Source of the DNA: Lama guanicoe
Taxonomy: Eukaryota
Length of the DNA stretch: 64,000 bases
Assembly: GCA_013239625.1 (NCBI GenBank)
Contig: MU053934.1
Coordinates: 8,577,352-8,641,351, forward strand
Reading direction: 5' to 3'
Shown: piece by piece, positions 23,621-36,200 of the stretch
Numbering within the stretch: position 1 is the stretch's first letter
Layout of the letters: every line of letters starts with the position of its first letter
The notes under the pieces: generated by a model
What the model was told of the DNA's origin: nothing
Databases searched by the model: none
Seen by the model: only the letters and a program-made list of their open reading frames with translations
Program-made: the position numbers and the translations under genes

Positions 23621-25057
23621 CCGGCACCAGGACAAGGACATAGAAGTGAGGAGCACCTTTCCCGGCTCTGGGTCCGGGCTCAGAGTCCCCATCCCGGGAC
23701 AGGGAGCGGCAGTCTGTGAGGCCAACACGGGGAATGTCCACAGCCCCACATGGGTCCTCCCCCGGCACCGCCAGACCCACGTTCCCTGCTGTATAATCGC
23801 TTCCGGATCCCCTCCCCTCTCCCTTGTGGGTGGAGTGTGGACGCAGGCGTGGACTGGGCCGTGCCTGGCTGTGTGGGTCCCAGCCAGGGACCCCGAGCTT
23901 CTGAGCACCCGCAAGGCGGCAGCATTTCCAAGAGACCTGCCCAGGGTCTTCAGGGGCTCATGTGGGAGCCCTGCTTCATGGCAAGTGGCCTGAGGATGTG
24001 ATGACCAGTGAGGGTGGAGGGGACCTCCGGGCAGAGCCAGTGTCACGTACTGGAGTCTGTCAGCTGATGCCACCTCTTGGTTTTAAAATAAACCACTTCA
24101 TTCTCCCTCCCCCTCACTTGATTCCGTTTCTCAGAGGTCAACAGCTAAAAGTTTCTCCCCTCACGTTCTTTCTTCTCCTTTATTTTCACAATCTGGAGAC
24201 AGATTTGTTTCTCAGCCCTCCCCCATGCCGCTGACATTCATACGTCCAGTGGGGCTCGGCGCTGCGGCATGCTGGCCCTGGTGTGCACCTGCAGGGGCTG
24301 TGGGGGCTGGTGGTAACAGTGACTGGGAGGGGAACTGGCTGGCTCACTGAGGCGTGCCTGGACATGTCTGGTCATCCTCTCTGGGTCCGTGTGGGTCACC
24401 TGGCTGTGTCCCCCTCACCCCAGTTTCTTCTCTTCCCTGGCATCTGTGGCTTCTGATTCTCAGAGGTTCTGGGACCTGGGAGCTGAGAAGAGAACAGGCT
24501 TTGCCCTCAGGTGAGCCCAGGTGTCCCTGTGGCCACTGACTAGCCATGTGACCTTGGGCAAGTCTCCTGGACCTTCTGGGCCTCAGTTTCCTCCTGTGTA
24601 AAATAGGCTTGAGGTGCCCCACTTCCTGTAAGTGTTGGCTGAGATAGGGGGACAGCTCCTTCGGGGAAGCAGTCTCCTTACACCCTCTCGTCAGTCCCCT
24701 AACAACCCTTGCATGCCAGCCGGTCTGGTCTCTGTCCAACTCACCAGCCAGAGCACGGAGGTCAGAGGTCATCTGGCTGGGTGACACTGAAGGTTGGGCT
24801 CATACACACTGTGCTCAAGCCCCCACCACGAGGGGACCGCCTGAGTCCTCCAGAGTGGAAGAGGAGATGGGGGGCTGCTGCAGAGATTCTAGAAGGGGAC
24901 CATAGAAGATCAGAGCCAGAGGGCCCCATCAGGGCATCGGGAGACTGAGGCCCGAAATGCGGAAGTGGCTGCCCGAGGTCGCCACCCTGGCTGGTGGCTG
25001 CCTGCGTTCTGCCCACTGCTCAGAACCCACTGTCACACCCCTTGTGTTCTCACCCAG

Positions 25058-25357
25058 GTGTCCCGGGAGAGCATTTTTAACAAAATGAACAGCTCCAACC
25101 TGGCCTGTGTCTTCGGGCTGAACTTAATCTGGCCATCCCAGGGGGCTTCTTCCCTGAGCGCCCTGGTGCCCCTGAACCTGTTCACTGAACTGCTGATCGA
25201 GTACTACGAAAAGGTCTTCCGCGGCCAGGATGCACACGGGGAGCCCGGCGCCAGCGGGGCCGCCCGAGACGGACATGCCAGAGACAGAGCTGCTGCAGGG
25301 CCCGCCAGGCCCCCCGTGCCCCCGCGTCCCCTGCCCGCGGCTGGGAGACCCCTCTAG
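25058..25357 (+). CDS. ARHGAP8: ARHGAP8 last coding exon ([26 protein letters not shown]...AAGRPL*)
   Basis: acccAG acceptor; [11 protein letters not shown] RhoGAP motif; TAG stop at 25355-25357. Confidence 0.95.
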   Translation: MSRESIFNKMNSSNLACVFGLNLIWPSQGASSLSALVPLNLFTELLIEYYEKVFRGQDAHGEPGASGAARDGHARDRAAAGPARPPVPPRPLPAAGRPL

Positions 25358-25421
25358 CACTGGGAGTGTCACGGTGAAGTCTATCAGTCTGCGCACGTGC
25401 ATGCGTGCTGTGTGAACTTGC

Positions 25422-25427
25422 ATTAAA
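25422..25427 (+). terminator. Probable ARHGAP8 polyadenylation signal ATTAAA (short 3'UTR)
   Basis: First poly(A)-type hexamer after the stop, about 65 nt downstream. Confidence 0.6.
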
Positions 25428-26266
25428 TGGCCTTCTGGTGAACCTTCTAGTAGGAATTCCATGGTCCTGAGGGTTCAGCCCTTCACACTGTTCCTGACTG
25501 CGGGCTGAGATAAGATGACGGGTCTGTGAGGACCGCGACCCAACCTGGCTTAACTGCGGTCAGACCTTTATGGGCTGGGCCTTGTGCCAGGCATCTCCTG
25601 CTGCCGTGATGCTGTGTGACAGACCGCAGATCCAGGGGCTTCAAACAGCGGCTCTTTGTCGTTGCCCACAGGTCAGCGGGGCAGTTCTGGTCCTGTTGGG
25701 ATTGCTCAGTGTAGTCGGGCGAGAGGTCAGCGGGGACACTCAGGTCTCCTGCAGGCGTCACATTTCCCTTTAGTCGGCTGATCCAGGCGCTTCGTGCAAC
25801 GTGGGCCAAGGCTCAGGCACAGACACTAGTGCAGCGTCTCTCTGAGCTTACGTGGTTCACTTGTGCTCACACACTGTTGGCCAGAGCAGGTCTCATGGCC
25901 AGGGCCAAGGTCATAGTGGAAGGGTTCTGCCACGTTAGCAAGGGGTGTGGATATGGGGAGTTGGAGAACTGGGGCAGCTGTCAGCCTGCCCGAGGGCTCC
26001 AGGACATGTTCTGGCCCTGCAATCTCAGGCTGGCTGGCCCCCAGCCTTGCAAGGTGGGCCCTGTGTTTCCAGCTTTAAATACAGTGAGTAGCGGTAGGAA
26101 GTCGTTGTTCTCCATTCCCAAAAAAGAGCCCCCAATTTCCCTGATCAGCCAGGCTTAGGTCGCGTGCCCACCCTGGACCAGCGCCGTGGCCAGGATGTGC
26201 ACTGGTGGGCTGGCCTGAGCTGTGTGCCCTACACTGACCTGGCAGTGAAGGAGAGGGGTCCCCCGA

Positions 26267-26650
26267 TGTGTCATTGTGCTGGGGCCACCATAGCAAATAC
26301 TGCAGACCGTGGCATAAACAGCAGGTCTTTGTGTTCTCTCCATTCTGGAGGCTGAAGTCCAAGGTCAGGGTGCTGGCGTGGTCAGGTTCCCGGTCGGGTT
26401 CCGGTGAGGGCTCTCTTCCTGGCTTGCAGGTGGCCGCTTTCTCCCCCTGTCCTCACATGGCAGAAGAGAGCACCCTCTGGGGTCTGTTCTTACAAGGAGA
26501 CAGATCCTGTTGGATCAGGGCGCCACCATGCTCCTGGCCTCATTTAGTCTTGACTACTTCTGTCCAGACTCTGTCTCCAAATACAGCCACACTAGGGGTT
26601 AGGGCTTCAATAGATGGATTTCAGAGGGACACAGCCACTCAGGCCACAAC
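26267..26650 (-). mobile_element. MaLR (MLT1A/B-like) LTR
   Basis: cattctggaggctgaagtccaaggtcaggg..ggtgagggctctcttcctggcttgcag..ctccaaataca..ggggttagggcttcaa. Confidence 0.8.
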
Positions 26651-27524
26651 ACCGAGTAATAACACCCTAGTGACGTGCCACCCTCCACAGAGGGTCGGCT
26701 GTGTGTCAGGCACTGCCAAGCCCCCCACGCTCTGGCTGCAGAGAGAACGGGGCTGCCAGGGAGCAGAGGACACATGTCCACTGCGGGGACACCATCAGCC
26801 AGTCCAGGACAGGGATAGGGTGTCAGTGCCCGACTGAGCTGTGACCCGGGTGTCTGCATGGACCCTTGGAGTCGCTGGGGGCTCCACTCTGGATTGGAAG
26901 GTGAAGGGGCCTCATTCACCTCCTGCCTGTCCTCATCTCCACATTAACTCCACTCCTGACCTGTCGTGTGCAGTCCTCTGCTCTGCTTGTCTCCGCTTTC
27001 CTTGAGGGAGGGGACGTGTACCCAGCGAGTATCTCCCAGTGCCTGTCAGTGAATGAGTGACCCCTTGTGCTGAGGACCAGGCAGACTGAGGGCAGGAGAG
27101 CATCTGCCGGGAGTATTAATCCTACCTGAAGAAGTTTCTCCCCGTGGCGCAGGTGGGCCTATGTGTCTTCTCTGATCATCTCATTCCTGGTCTACAGATG
27201 AGGACTGGAAGGCCCAGAGAGGTGAAGGGCCTTGCTCTAAGTCACACAGCTTGTCCTTAGCAGAGCAGGGATTCAGGCCTGTGCATCCCTGTGCTGTAGG
27301 AGCCAAAGGAAGAGATGGGGCCTCAGTCTCAGCCCATGTACAAGGGTGGGGGTGGTCACACTGCACACTCCCCTCCAGCTCTGAGGACACCAGCACAGAA
27401 GCCACGAGGCCTGAGCTGGGATCAGCTCCACCAAATGTCTGATCAGGCTGAACTCCCACCTGCCTGCTTCCTATTTGAACACAGGTGAACCATCCAGTGG
27501 GGACACCAGGGTTCATCCGCCCCG

Positions 27525-28128
27525 CGTCCACAACAGCAGAACATGGAAACAAAGTAAGTGTCTGTCGATGGATGAATGGATAAAGAAGATGTGATTACAT
27601 ATACAGTGGAATATCATTCAGTCCTGAAAAGTGAGGAAATCCTACCATTTTTGACAACGTGAATGGACCTTGAAGGCATTATGCTGAGTGAAATAAGTCA
27701 GGCAGAGAAAGACAAATACCATATGATATCATTTACTATGTAGACCGAAACACACAAAACACACCAACCTCACAGAAAAGGAGTTTTGTGGGTACCAGAG
27801 GCAGGGGCTGGGGGGAGGAGGAACTGGAGGACGCTGGTCAGAAGGTACAGACTTCAGCTCCGAGATGAATGAGTACGAGGGATGTGCCGTACGGCGTGCC
27901 TGCAGCTGACCCTGCTGCACCATCTGCAGGGAAGCTGCCGAGCGCAGCTTCTAAGAGTTCTCATCACAAGGACATTTTTTTTTCTTTTTACTGTATCTAT
28001 ATTGAGATGATGGATGTTAACCTATTGTGATGAACGCTTCACAAGGTATGTAAATCAGCCCTTCATGCTCTACACCTCACACTCAGGGATGTACTTTAGC
28101 TATTTCTCAATAAAACTGGAGAAAAAAA
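27525..28128 (+). mobile_element. L1MA/MB 3' end
   Basis: gatgaatggataaagaagatgtg..catatacagtggaata..gaaataagtcaggcagagaaagacaaatacc..tctcaataaaactgg followed by an A tail. Confidence 0.85.
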
Positions 28129-29795
28129 GGTTTGTCTGCTACACACTGTATTTTGGGTTTTTCCTGGTTGTACTGGAACTGTCTACATCGTTGGGTTTAA
28201 AACAGGTCTTGGTCCCCCCGAGGGCCGTCCCTGCCCCTCCCTCTGTGTGGCCCACTGGGGACACCTCCAGCGGCTGCAGTGGCCCTGAGCAGAGGGCACT
28301 GGTTTGTAGAACCCCCGGCACTCAGGCTGTCAGAGTCGCCGGCAGCCTTCCGGGCGGGATGACGTCAGAGGCCCCAGACCCTGCTTGCTCTGAGCCAGCC
28401 TCAGAGCTGTCTGGCCCCAGCCTGTGTCCTCCTAGTGCTGGGCTCCTGTCCTGTGTCCTGGGCATCTGGGGAGCCCCCAGGCTTTGCTGGTCTGAGCGGT
28501 ATGGCCTACAGGCTTCTCTTCACCCATCCCCTCCCAGTGCCCTCTTCCTCACCACTCTTGCACCCCCCCACCTCTCTTCCTTGTCTGTCTTTGCCGTTCC
28601 TTCTAGCCCACCCCTCACAGCTAATCTCAGCCAGAATCATTCTCTTGTACGACTTGAAAAGTGATGATTGTTTCATTTCTTTTCTATTCTGCTACAAAGC
28701 CTTCTTTTTTCCCCCTTTCATCCTTTTTTCTTTTTATAATACACAATCCTCCAGCTCCAACCAACCACAGCCAGGCACAGGGGGTCCAGACTGGGCCTGA
28801 GTGGGCTCCCCCAAGAGGAGTTCAGTTTGGAGCCCAAGGCAAACCCGCCGTCTGTCCCCTCCCCTGGCCTCAGCCTCTGGAAAAGCGGCTTGGCACCTGC
28901 TCCCTCGCCCCCAGGAAGGTGTCTTGTACTCATACAATTCAGAGCAACCCTAAAGCGGCCTCGGAGTTCTGTTGCCAGGAAAAAAAAAAACTGAAATAAA
29001 AATGATGTCTCCCTGAAGAGCACACCACTGCGAACACCAGAATTAACAACGACATTAAATCAAATCTCATGCATTATGCAGAGAGGTTTACAGTGCAAAG
29101 CACATTTGTGAAATAGATGTTTCAAATTTTCTGACTCCGAGTGGTGGCCCCAAGACGTTCTCCTGTGGCTGCTTTGATAACAGTCTCCCTTTCACAAACG
29201 ATAATTGTGGAATCCTAGCTTGAGCACGGCGTGGCCCTGTCACCTTCCCTGGGATCAAAGCGAGAGAGCGATTACAGTGATAATGTTTTGGAAGCACACA
29301 CGGCGCATATCAGCCTAAAACAGTGAAACGTGATGTAGAAATGAGGGCTCTAGGGTGTCTCTCCTGACAGGACGTGTGAAATAAATTGTCCAAACAGTCA
29401 CTTTTGCAGAAATGGCCGAGATTTTAAGTGACTCCAGAGATTAGGCAGGCTGCCCAGAACTTGTAGCCTGGCGTCCACCAGGAACGAATGGATCCTGCCC
29501 AGAACAGGAAAGTCTGTAAGCAAAGCAAGTGACTGGTCTACCCTGAAGAGAGCCAGGCTGCTGTCATCGGGGAGCTGGGACTGGGCACCCCACTTCTGGT
29601 ACAGCTGAGACTCCCGGCTGTGTGACCCTAGGCAAGTCATTTTGTACACTGGGAAGAGTCCAAAGTCAGAAGACTCAGCGTGTGTCTCTGCCCCCCACCG
29701 GAGGGACGCCTGGGGTAAGTTCTCCTAGCGTTTTCTCCTTTGTAAAATGAGAACAATGCTGCCGTCCCCTGTGTGCTTTTAAGCACCTGCTTTAT

Positions 29796-29953
29796 TTTTT
29801 TTTTAATTTTTAAAATTTATTTTATTTTGTGTTGGTGGGGAGGTAATTAGGTTTTTAAAATTTATTTATCTTTAATGGAGGTACTGGGGATTGAACCCAG
29901 GACCTTGTGCATGCTAGGCACACAGTCTACCACTGAGCTAGACCCTTCCCCCC
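29796..29953 (-). mobile_element. tRNA-Ala-derived SINE (vic-1-like) with perfect 18-bp TSD
   Basis: TSD tttaagcacctgctttat at 29778-29795 and 29954-29971. A and B boxes tagctcagtgg and ggttcaatcc on the minus strand. Confidence 0.9.
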
Positions 29954-30399
29954 TTTAAGCACCTGCTTTATGCCAGGCAGTGTCAGTCTCACGAAGACAG
30001 AGTTGAGTCGGATACATTTCCTGCCTTCAAGGGGCTTGCAGAAGAGTTGGGGAGAAAATAAATAAACACAGGAAATAAGTCTTTCTAGAGCTAAGGCTGT
30101 ATGCAAAGGACACAGGCAGGTGCGGGAAGGAGACAGGAGACAGAAGAGGATCCCGGGAACCTCCTAGTTTTCTGGCTTGAGCTGTGTGGGCCTCTGAGGG
30201 TAGTGTTCTCCCCTGAGATGGACTGGGTTTAAGAGGCAGAGAGAGCCTTGCTATTGGTTTGATAACAAAAAGCTTTAGTGTTTTAAGACAAATAATTGCT
30301 CAGAGGGGAAAAAATATTCAATGACAGAAAGTGCAAACAAGACAGTGAGCATTGTTCAAATTTTTACCACCCGTAGATAGCCATTGTTACTGTTTTGAG

Positions 30400-30900
30400 G
30401 AATGGGCACTTTCATATGCTGCTGGATGAGCGGTAAATTGGTTCAGTCACTTTGGAAAGCAATTTAGCAAGCTGTAAGGTTAAGGCTGATCCAGCAATTG
30501 TAAGTCTAGGGAAAGAACCCAAGAGGTAGGTCCAGAGCGTTACTGCAGCATTGCTGGCAGAGCAGATAATTAGATGCAGCCGGAGTGTCCAACAGTATAA
30601 GAAATGGCAGGTGAATCAAAGTTACATCCATGCGATTGCATAGTGTCCTTCAGTTCACATGATAAACTGGGTCAGTATGTTTCAACATGGGTAGATCTCC
30701 GAATACAATACTAAGAGGGAGAAAAGTTCAGAATGATCAACACAGGTACCGTCACTTGTGTAAAGGTTTAATACTCCCCAGTCCTATGTACAGCTTATGA
30801 GTTGAAAATATTACCCTTTTTGAACAATATACAGAAAGAATTTTTAAAAAGTGAATAGGAAGGAGACACACCAAATTCCTCATGGAGGAGAGGAACAAGA
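30400..30900 (+). mobile_element. Old L1ME-like 3' fragment
   Basis: gtaaattggttcagtcactttggaaagcaatttagca; tcaacatgggtagatctc. Confidence 0.6.
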
Positions 30901-31819
30901 GTCTTTAATAGCTTCTATCTATCTAAATTTTTCCAAGTATTCTTAGTATAGCTAAGTGTTCTGCCTCCAGTATGGCTGAATGACTCTGTTGGGACTTGAC
31001 TTTTCCATAGACAGCATCTAAAAACTTTAGACAAAATACAAAGGAACACAAGTAAACAAACAAACAGAAAATCAACAGTGACTTGAAGGCACTGGAGTAT
31101 GAACCAGGACAGATCCCAGAGGGACATCCACACTTGGCAAAGTGAATGACATGGGATGATCTTCCATTATGTGGCTTTTAACCAGAGCCCTCCCAAAGTT
31201 GGCAATTCCGATAGAATGGCTATATCTCCAATAGAAAATCACAGTCTTTTTGGCTTGAAAAACAGAGGACAGAGTTTGGGACAATCACAGTCCCTAGAAG
31301 GTGGGTAGGGAATTCCAGACAGGAGAGAGCCAGACAGGGAGATCCTGCATTTTGTGCATAAACTGCTCAAACTTTTGCCTGATCCCTGAGCCACACTTGT
31401 GCAGGACAGACACCAGCTAATGGTAAAAGAACTGAACTGAAGTTTGAGCTACCAATGTACAGAGTTTGCAGTTTGAGTCCATCCAAGTTCAATGCCTGCT
31501 AAAGCAAACAAAACCCAGCACTCTTCAGAGGAATATGACAGAACCCAAGGTCTCTACAACATAATATTCACAACATCCAGGATACAATTAAAAATTATTA
31601 ATCATACGAAGAAACAAGAAAATGCAACTCACTCTAAAACAATCAGTGGAGACCAACCTTAAAGTGATGTGGGTGTTGGAAACAGCAATCAAGGATGTTA
31701 CAGTAGCTATTATACACATCTTCGAGTACATAAAGGAAAATGTGCTTAAAGTAAATGCAAAGATAGGAAATCTCAGTAAAAAATTAAAACATAGCTATTA
31801 AAAACACAGGGAAATTATT

Positions 31820-31906
31820 GAGGGGGAAGGTAATAGCTCAGTGCTTCATGAACGAGGTCCTGGGTTCTATCCCCAGTACCTCCATAGAAAATTAATTAAT
31901 TATTTT
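31820..31906 (+). mobile_element. Internally deleted tRNA-derived SINE (vic-1-like) nested in L1
   Basis: atagctcagtg..gaggtcctgggttctatccccagtacctcc; degenerate TSD aaaacacagggaaatt / aaaacatggaaatt. Confidence 0.8.
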
Positions 31907-34045
31907 AAAAAACATGGAAATTCTATAAGAGCAAAAACAATACCTGAATTTTTTTTTAAAGAAAAGACAAAAAAGAAACCCACTGGTTGTGGTTAGCAGA
32001 AGAATGGAGATGATAGTAAAGAGTTGGTGACCTTGAATCTACACTGATGGAAATTACCTAATCTGAAGAACAAAGAGTAAAAGCATTGGGAAAATATGAA
32101 CAGAGCCTTAGAGACTTGTGAGACAATATCAGAATGTCTCACCCATATTTGGAGCTCCAGAGGCAGAGAAGAGAGAAAATAGGATACAAAAAATTTTTGA
32201 AAATTAATAGCCAAAAATATCCCCGATTTGATGAAAGACATAAATTGTCAGATTCAATAATCTCAAGAAACCCCAAGATGGATGCAAATCAAAGAAAAAT
32301 ACACCTAAACACACTATATAGGCTTTTGAAAGCAAAAGAGAAAGAGAAAAACTTAAAGCATCCAGAGAACAAGGAAACATTGCACACAGAAGACCAAAGA
32401 TGGAAGTCAGCCGACTTAGCAGCAGAAGCTATGATGGCCAAAAGACAGTAGAACATAATCTTGTTTCAATACAATAAAGGAACAGTAAAGGGCCAAGGGA
32501 GGAGGGAAAATTCCAGAATTCGATGTCAGCCAAAAATACTCTTCAAGAATGAAGATTAAAAAAACTTTTTGTAAAAGAAAACCAAGGAATTTTTTTCCAC
32601 TGGCAGATCTGAATTACAAAAAAAAAAAAAATGCCAAAGGAATTTCTTCAAGGTAGTGGAAATGACAACAGATTGAAACTTGGATATTTAGGAAGTAATG
32701 GAGACTATTGGAAATGATAGATATCTGGACTATATAGACCAGTACTTTCCCCTCTTAATTTAAAAGATATAAACAGGATTGTGTGAGGAAAAAATGTATA
32801 ATATTGTCTGACAGGATTTATAATATATGTAGGTGTAATGCTTATGACAACTGCAGCACTAAGTACAGCAGAAAGGGGCTTGTTTCAAGGTTTCTACCTT
32901 CTATGTTAAGTGGTACAATATTAGTACTAAGTGAACTGAAAAGGTAAGGATGTATACTGTAATCCCTAGAGCAGCTACTAAAAATAATGCAAAAAGACAG
33001 AGCCTTGAAAATAAAGTAAAAGTGACTTCTAAACAAATATTCAGAAAATTTAAGTAAGGCAAGAAATGATAAACAGGAGGGAAAAAACCAGAGGGGGCAA
33101 AAAAATAATAAAATGGTAAACCTAAATTAAACTCCATCAATAATTATCTTCAATGTTCAGGTACTAAATGCTACAGTTAAGAGGCAGATATTGTCAAAAT
33201 GGACATAAAAGCAAGACATAGCTACACACACTTTAAGTATAAAGATAGGTCGAAGGTAAAGGGATGCAAAAATATACACACACATAGTGATCATCAGAAG
33301 TCTGGGGTGTTTATATTAATAATAGATAAACTAGACTTTTAAGGCAAAGAGTATTACTAGACGTAGACGGCCTCTTGATAATGATAAAATGGTCAGTTTA
33401 TTCAGAAGACATACGTATCATAAATATGAATGCGCCTAATAACAGAAATTTCAATATATGAAGTAAAAAACCCACAACAGATTTAAATAATTTCTATAAT
33501 TGTAGTTGGAGATTATAGCACCGTATCTTGGCAACCGAAAGATCAACTAGACAAAAAGTTGGTAAAAGTCATAGATAATCTGAACAACGCTACCACCACC
33601 TTGACCTAATTGACATTTGGGTGCCACACCCAACAACAGAAGAATACACATTCTTGTAAAGTGTACACGATACAATCACCAATATAGACCAGATTCTGGG
33701 ACATAAAACAAGTCCTAGTAAATTTAAAAGAATTGAAATCATGTGAAGACTACAATGGAATCAAATTAGTCATAAAAAAATCACATCTAGGAAAAACTCA
33801 AATATGTGAAAAAATTTGTAAAGAAAGAAAAAGGAGTGACATTTCTAAAGAATCCAGGTGTCAAAGAAGAAATCATAGCAGAAGAGAGAAAATAATTTGA
33901 ACTGAACACTAGTGCAAAATATCAACATTTGGGAAACAGTCAAAGCAGTGCCTGGAGGGAAGTCTAAATGCTTATAAAATAAATAAAATTAAAAAGAACA
34001 GCCTGAAATCAATGACTAATGTTCTACCTTAAGAAACTGTATATA

Positions 34046-34673
34046 CAGGCACACCTCAGAGAGACTGCAGCCTCAGTTCCAGACCACTGCAATAAAGTGA
34101 ATACCACAATAAAGCAAGTCATATGAAATTTTTGGTTTCCCAGTGCATATAAAAGTTACATTTACACTACACTGTAGTGTATTGTGTGTAATAGCATTAT
34201 GGCTAATGAAACAAGGCACATACCTTAATTAAAAAATACTTTGTTGGGGGAGAGTATAGCTCAAGTGGTAGAGTGTATGCTTAGCATGCATGAGGTCCTG
34301 GGTTCAATCCCCAGGGCCTCCTCTAAAAAGATAAACAAGTAAACCTAATTACCTCCCCCACAAAATAAATAAAATTAAAGACATACTTTGTTGCTAAAAA
34401 GTGTTAACCATCATCTGAGCCTTCAGGGAGTGGTATTAGTAACATCAAAGATCACTGATGACAGATCACCATAAAAATAATAATATTGAAAAAGTTTGAA
34501 ATACTGTGAAAATTACCACATGTGACCCAGAGACATGAAGTGAGCAAATGTTGTTGGAAAAATGGTGCAGACAGACCTGCCCGATGAAGGATTGCCACAA
34601 ACCTTCAATTTGTAAGAAACGCAATATCTGAGAAATGCAATAAAGGGAAGCATAATAAAACGAGGTCTGCCTG
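34046..34673 (-). mobile_element. Internally deleted Tigger1-type (Tc1/mariner) DNA transposon nested in L1
   Basis: TIRs caggcacacctc / gaggtctgcctg flanked by TA; both ends match recalled Tigger1 termini. Confidence 0.85.
34247..34382 (+). mobile_element. tRNA-Ala(AGC)-derived SINE (vic-1-like) nested in Tigger
   Basis: gtatagctcaagtggtagagtgtatgcttagcatgcatgaggtcctgggttcaatcccc; TSD atactttgttg at 34236-34246 and 34383-34393. Confidence 0.9.
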
Positions 34674-35819
34674 TATATATATTTGACCCCCGCTGGCCAC
34701 AGCTGATTGTCCAGGCATGGGGTTCTCACCCTACTGGGCCAATTTGATATATGTATCAAAATAAACCCAAATCAGTAGAAGGAAAGAAATGATAAAGAAT
34801 GAAATAATAACAAAACCAGACAACAATAGAGAAAATGAACAAAGCCAAAGGTTAGTTCTTTGAAAAGGTAAATAAAATTCATAAGCCAGATATATTAAGA
34901 AACCACAAATTAAGAATAAGAAAGCAAGAATCACTTTAGGGTCTACAGAAGGTAAAATGATAATAAAAATATTATGGGCAATTTTATGTCAAAAATTCAA
35001 TATAGACGAGATAACAAACTCCTTGAATAATTCAACTTAACTGAAAATGACACAAAATTAAATATATCTGAATAATCTTACATATTTAATACACTGAAAT
35101 TTTTAAAAATCTTCCCACAATAAAACTCCTGGCCCAGATGGCTTCCCTAGTGAATTCTAACAAATATAAAGATGCTGTTTCAGAAGCAGAATAATTTCAA
35201 CTTGTTTAACACCATAATTTGACAGACATTGCAAAGAAAAAAATCCGTAGGTCAATATCCCTCACAAAGATATGTTCAAAAATACTTAACAAATAATAGC
35301 AAATCAAGGAAAGCAATATAAAACAGATACATCATGACCATGTAGAGTTTATCTCAAGAATTCAAGATTGGCTAAACATTTGAAAATATTAATATAACTC
35401 ACTGTATGTACAGAACAAAGGAGAAAATCCACTTGTTTTTTAAATAGATACAGTATAAACTCTTGGCAAAATTTAGTGACCATTCATGATTTTTTAAAAA
35501 ATCTAAGCAAACTAAGAATAGAAGAGAATTTCCTCTATCTACAAAATAACATATTTAATGGTCAAACTATTGAAAATTCCTCCCTAAAATCAGAAACAAG
35601 ACAAGGATGCTTAGCCTCATCACTTCCTTTCAAATTATACTGGAAGTCCTGGCTATCGCAATAAGGCAAGAAAAATAATAGGCATCAAGTTTGAAAAAAG
35701 AGAAGTAAAACTGTGTCTAATTTGCAGATCATGTAACTGTTTATGTAGAAAGCCAAGAGGGATCCTCTCAGCAGCTACTATAACTAATAGGTGATATAAC
35801 ATGGTTTCAGGATATAAGG

Positions 35820-36200
35820 TGTGTCAATCAGGGTTCAATCAGAAAACAGAAACCACACAATAATTCGAAAAGGAAGAGTTTTAGATTGTTTTATATAAAC
35901 AATCACTCAGTGGGGAATAGCTATGAAAGTATAAAGCGATCTCTAATCACCTGACCACCCTAGGACTGCAGGACAGTACCCAAGGAAGGGACACCTGGAA
36001 GGAAAACTCCCCTCCCAAGGCTGGGATTCAGACCCCTTTGCTGAAAATGTGGTTGCAGCCTTCTGGCTGGTGACGTTTGCTGGGTTGCCTGGACAGAGCT
36101 GATCCACAGTCGCTGGACATGCAGGTAACACTCCTGTAGGTGGCAGGTAAGCTGAAGTTGGTAGGGAGTCATACAGAGGGAATTGGGGTGTTAAATAATT
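35820..36200. mobile_element. LTR fragment (MaLR/ERVL-like) ending the L1
   Basis: tgtgtcaatcagggttcaatcagaaaacagaaaccac resembles old LTR termini. Confidence 0.45.

Larger units (their letters stand above)
30955..35820 (+). mobile_element. Old degenerate L1 (5' region, ORF1 remnant, ORF2 EN-RT remnant), intergenic
   Basis: A-rich; ORF1-like peptide in ORF 32134..32451; EN start near 33110; RT-like KSETRQGCLAS in ORF 35476..35664; many stops. Confidence 0.88.

Noticed and set aside
28014..28664. 216-aa intergenic ORF
   Set aside because: It starts inside an L1 3' end and runs into low-complexity sequence with no recognisable domain.
34247..34322. tRNA-Ala(AGC)-like sequence as a functional tRNA gene (also the other five copies)
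   Set aside because: The acceptor stem is mismatched, and the sequence is followed by the SINE family tail and flanked by a TSD, so it is a SINE.
30955..35820. Active or intact L1 or domesticated RT gene
   Set aside because: Many stops and frameshifts, nested insertions, and no 3' end.
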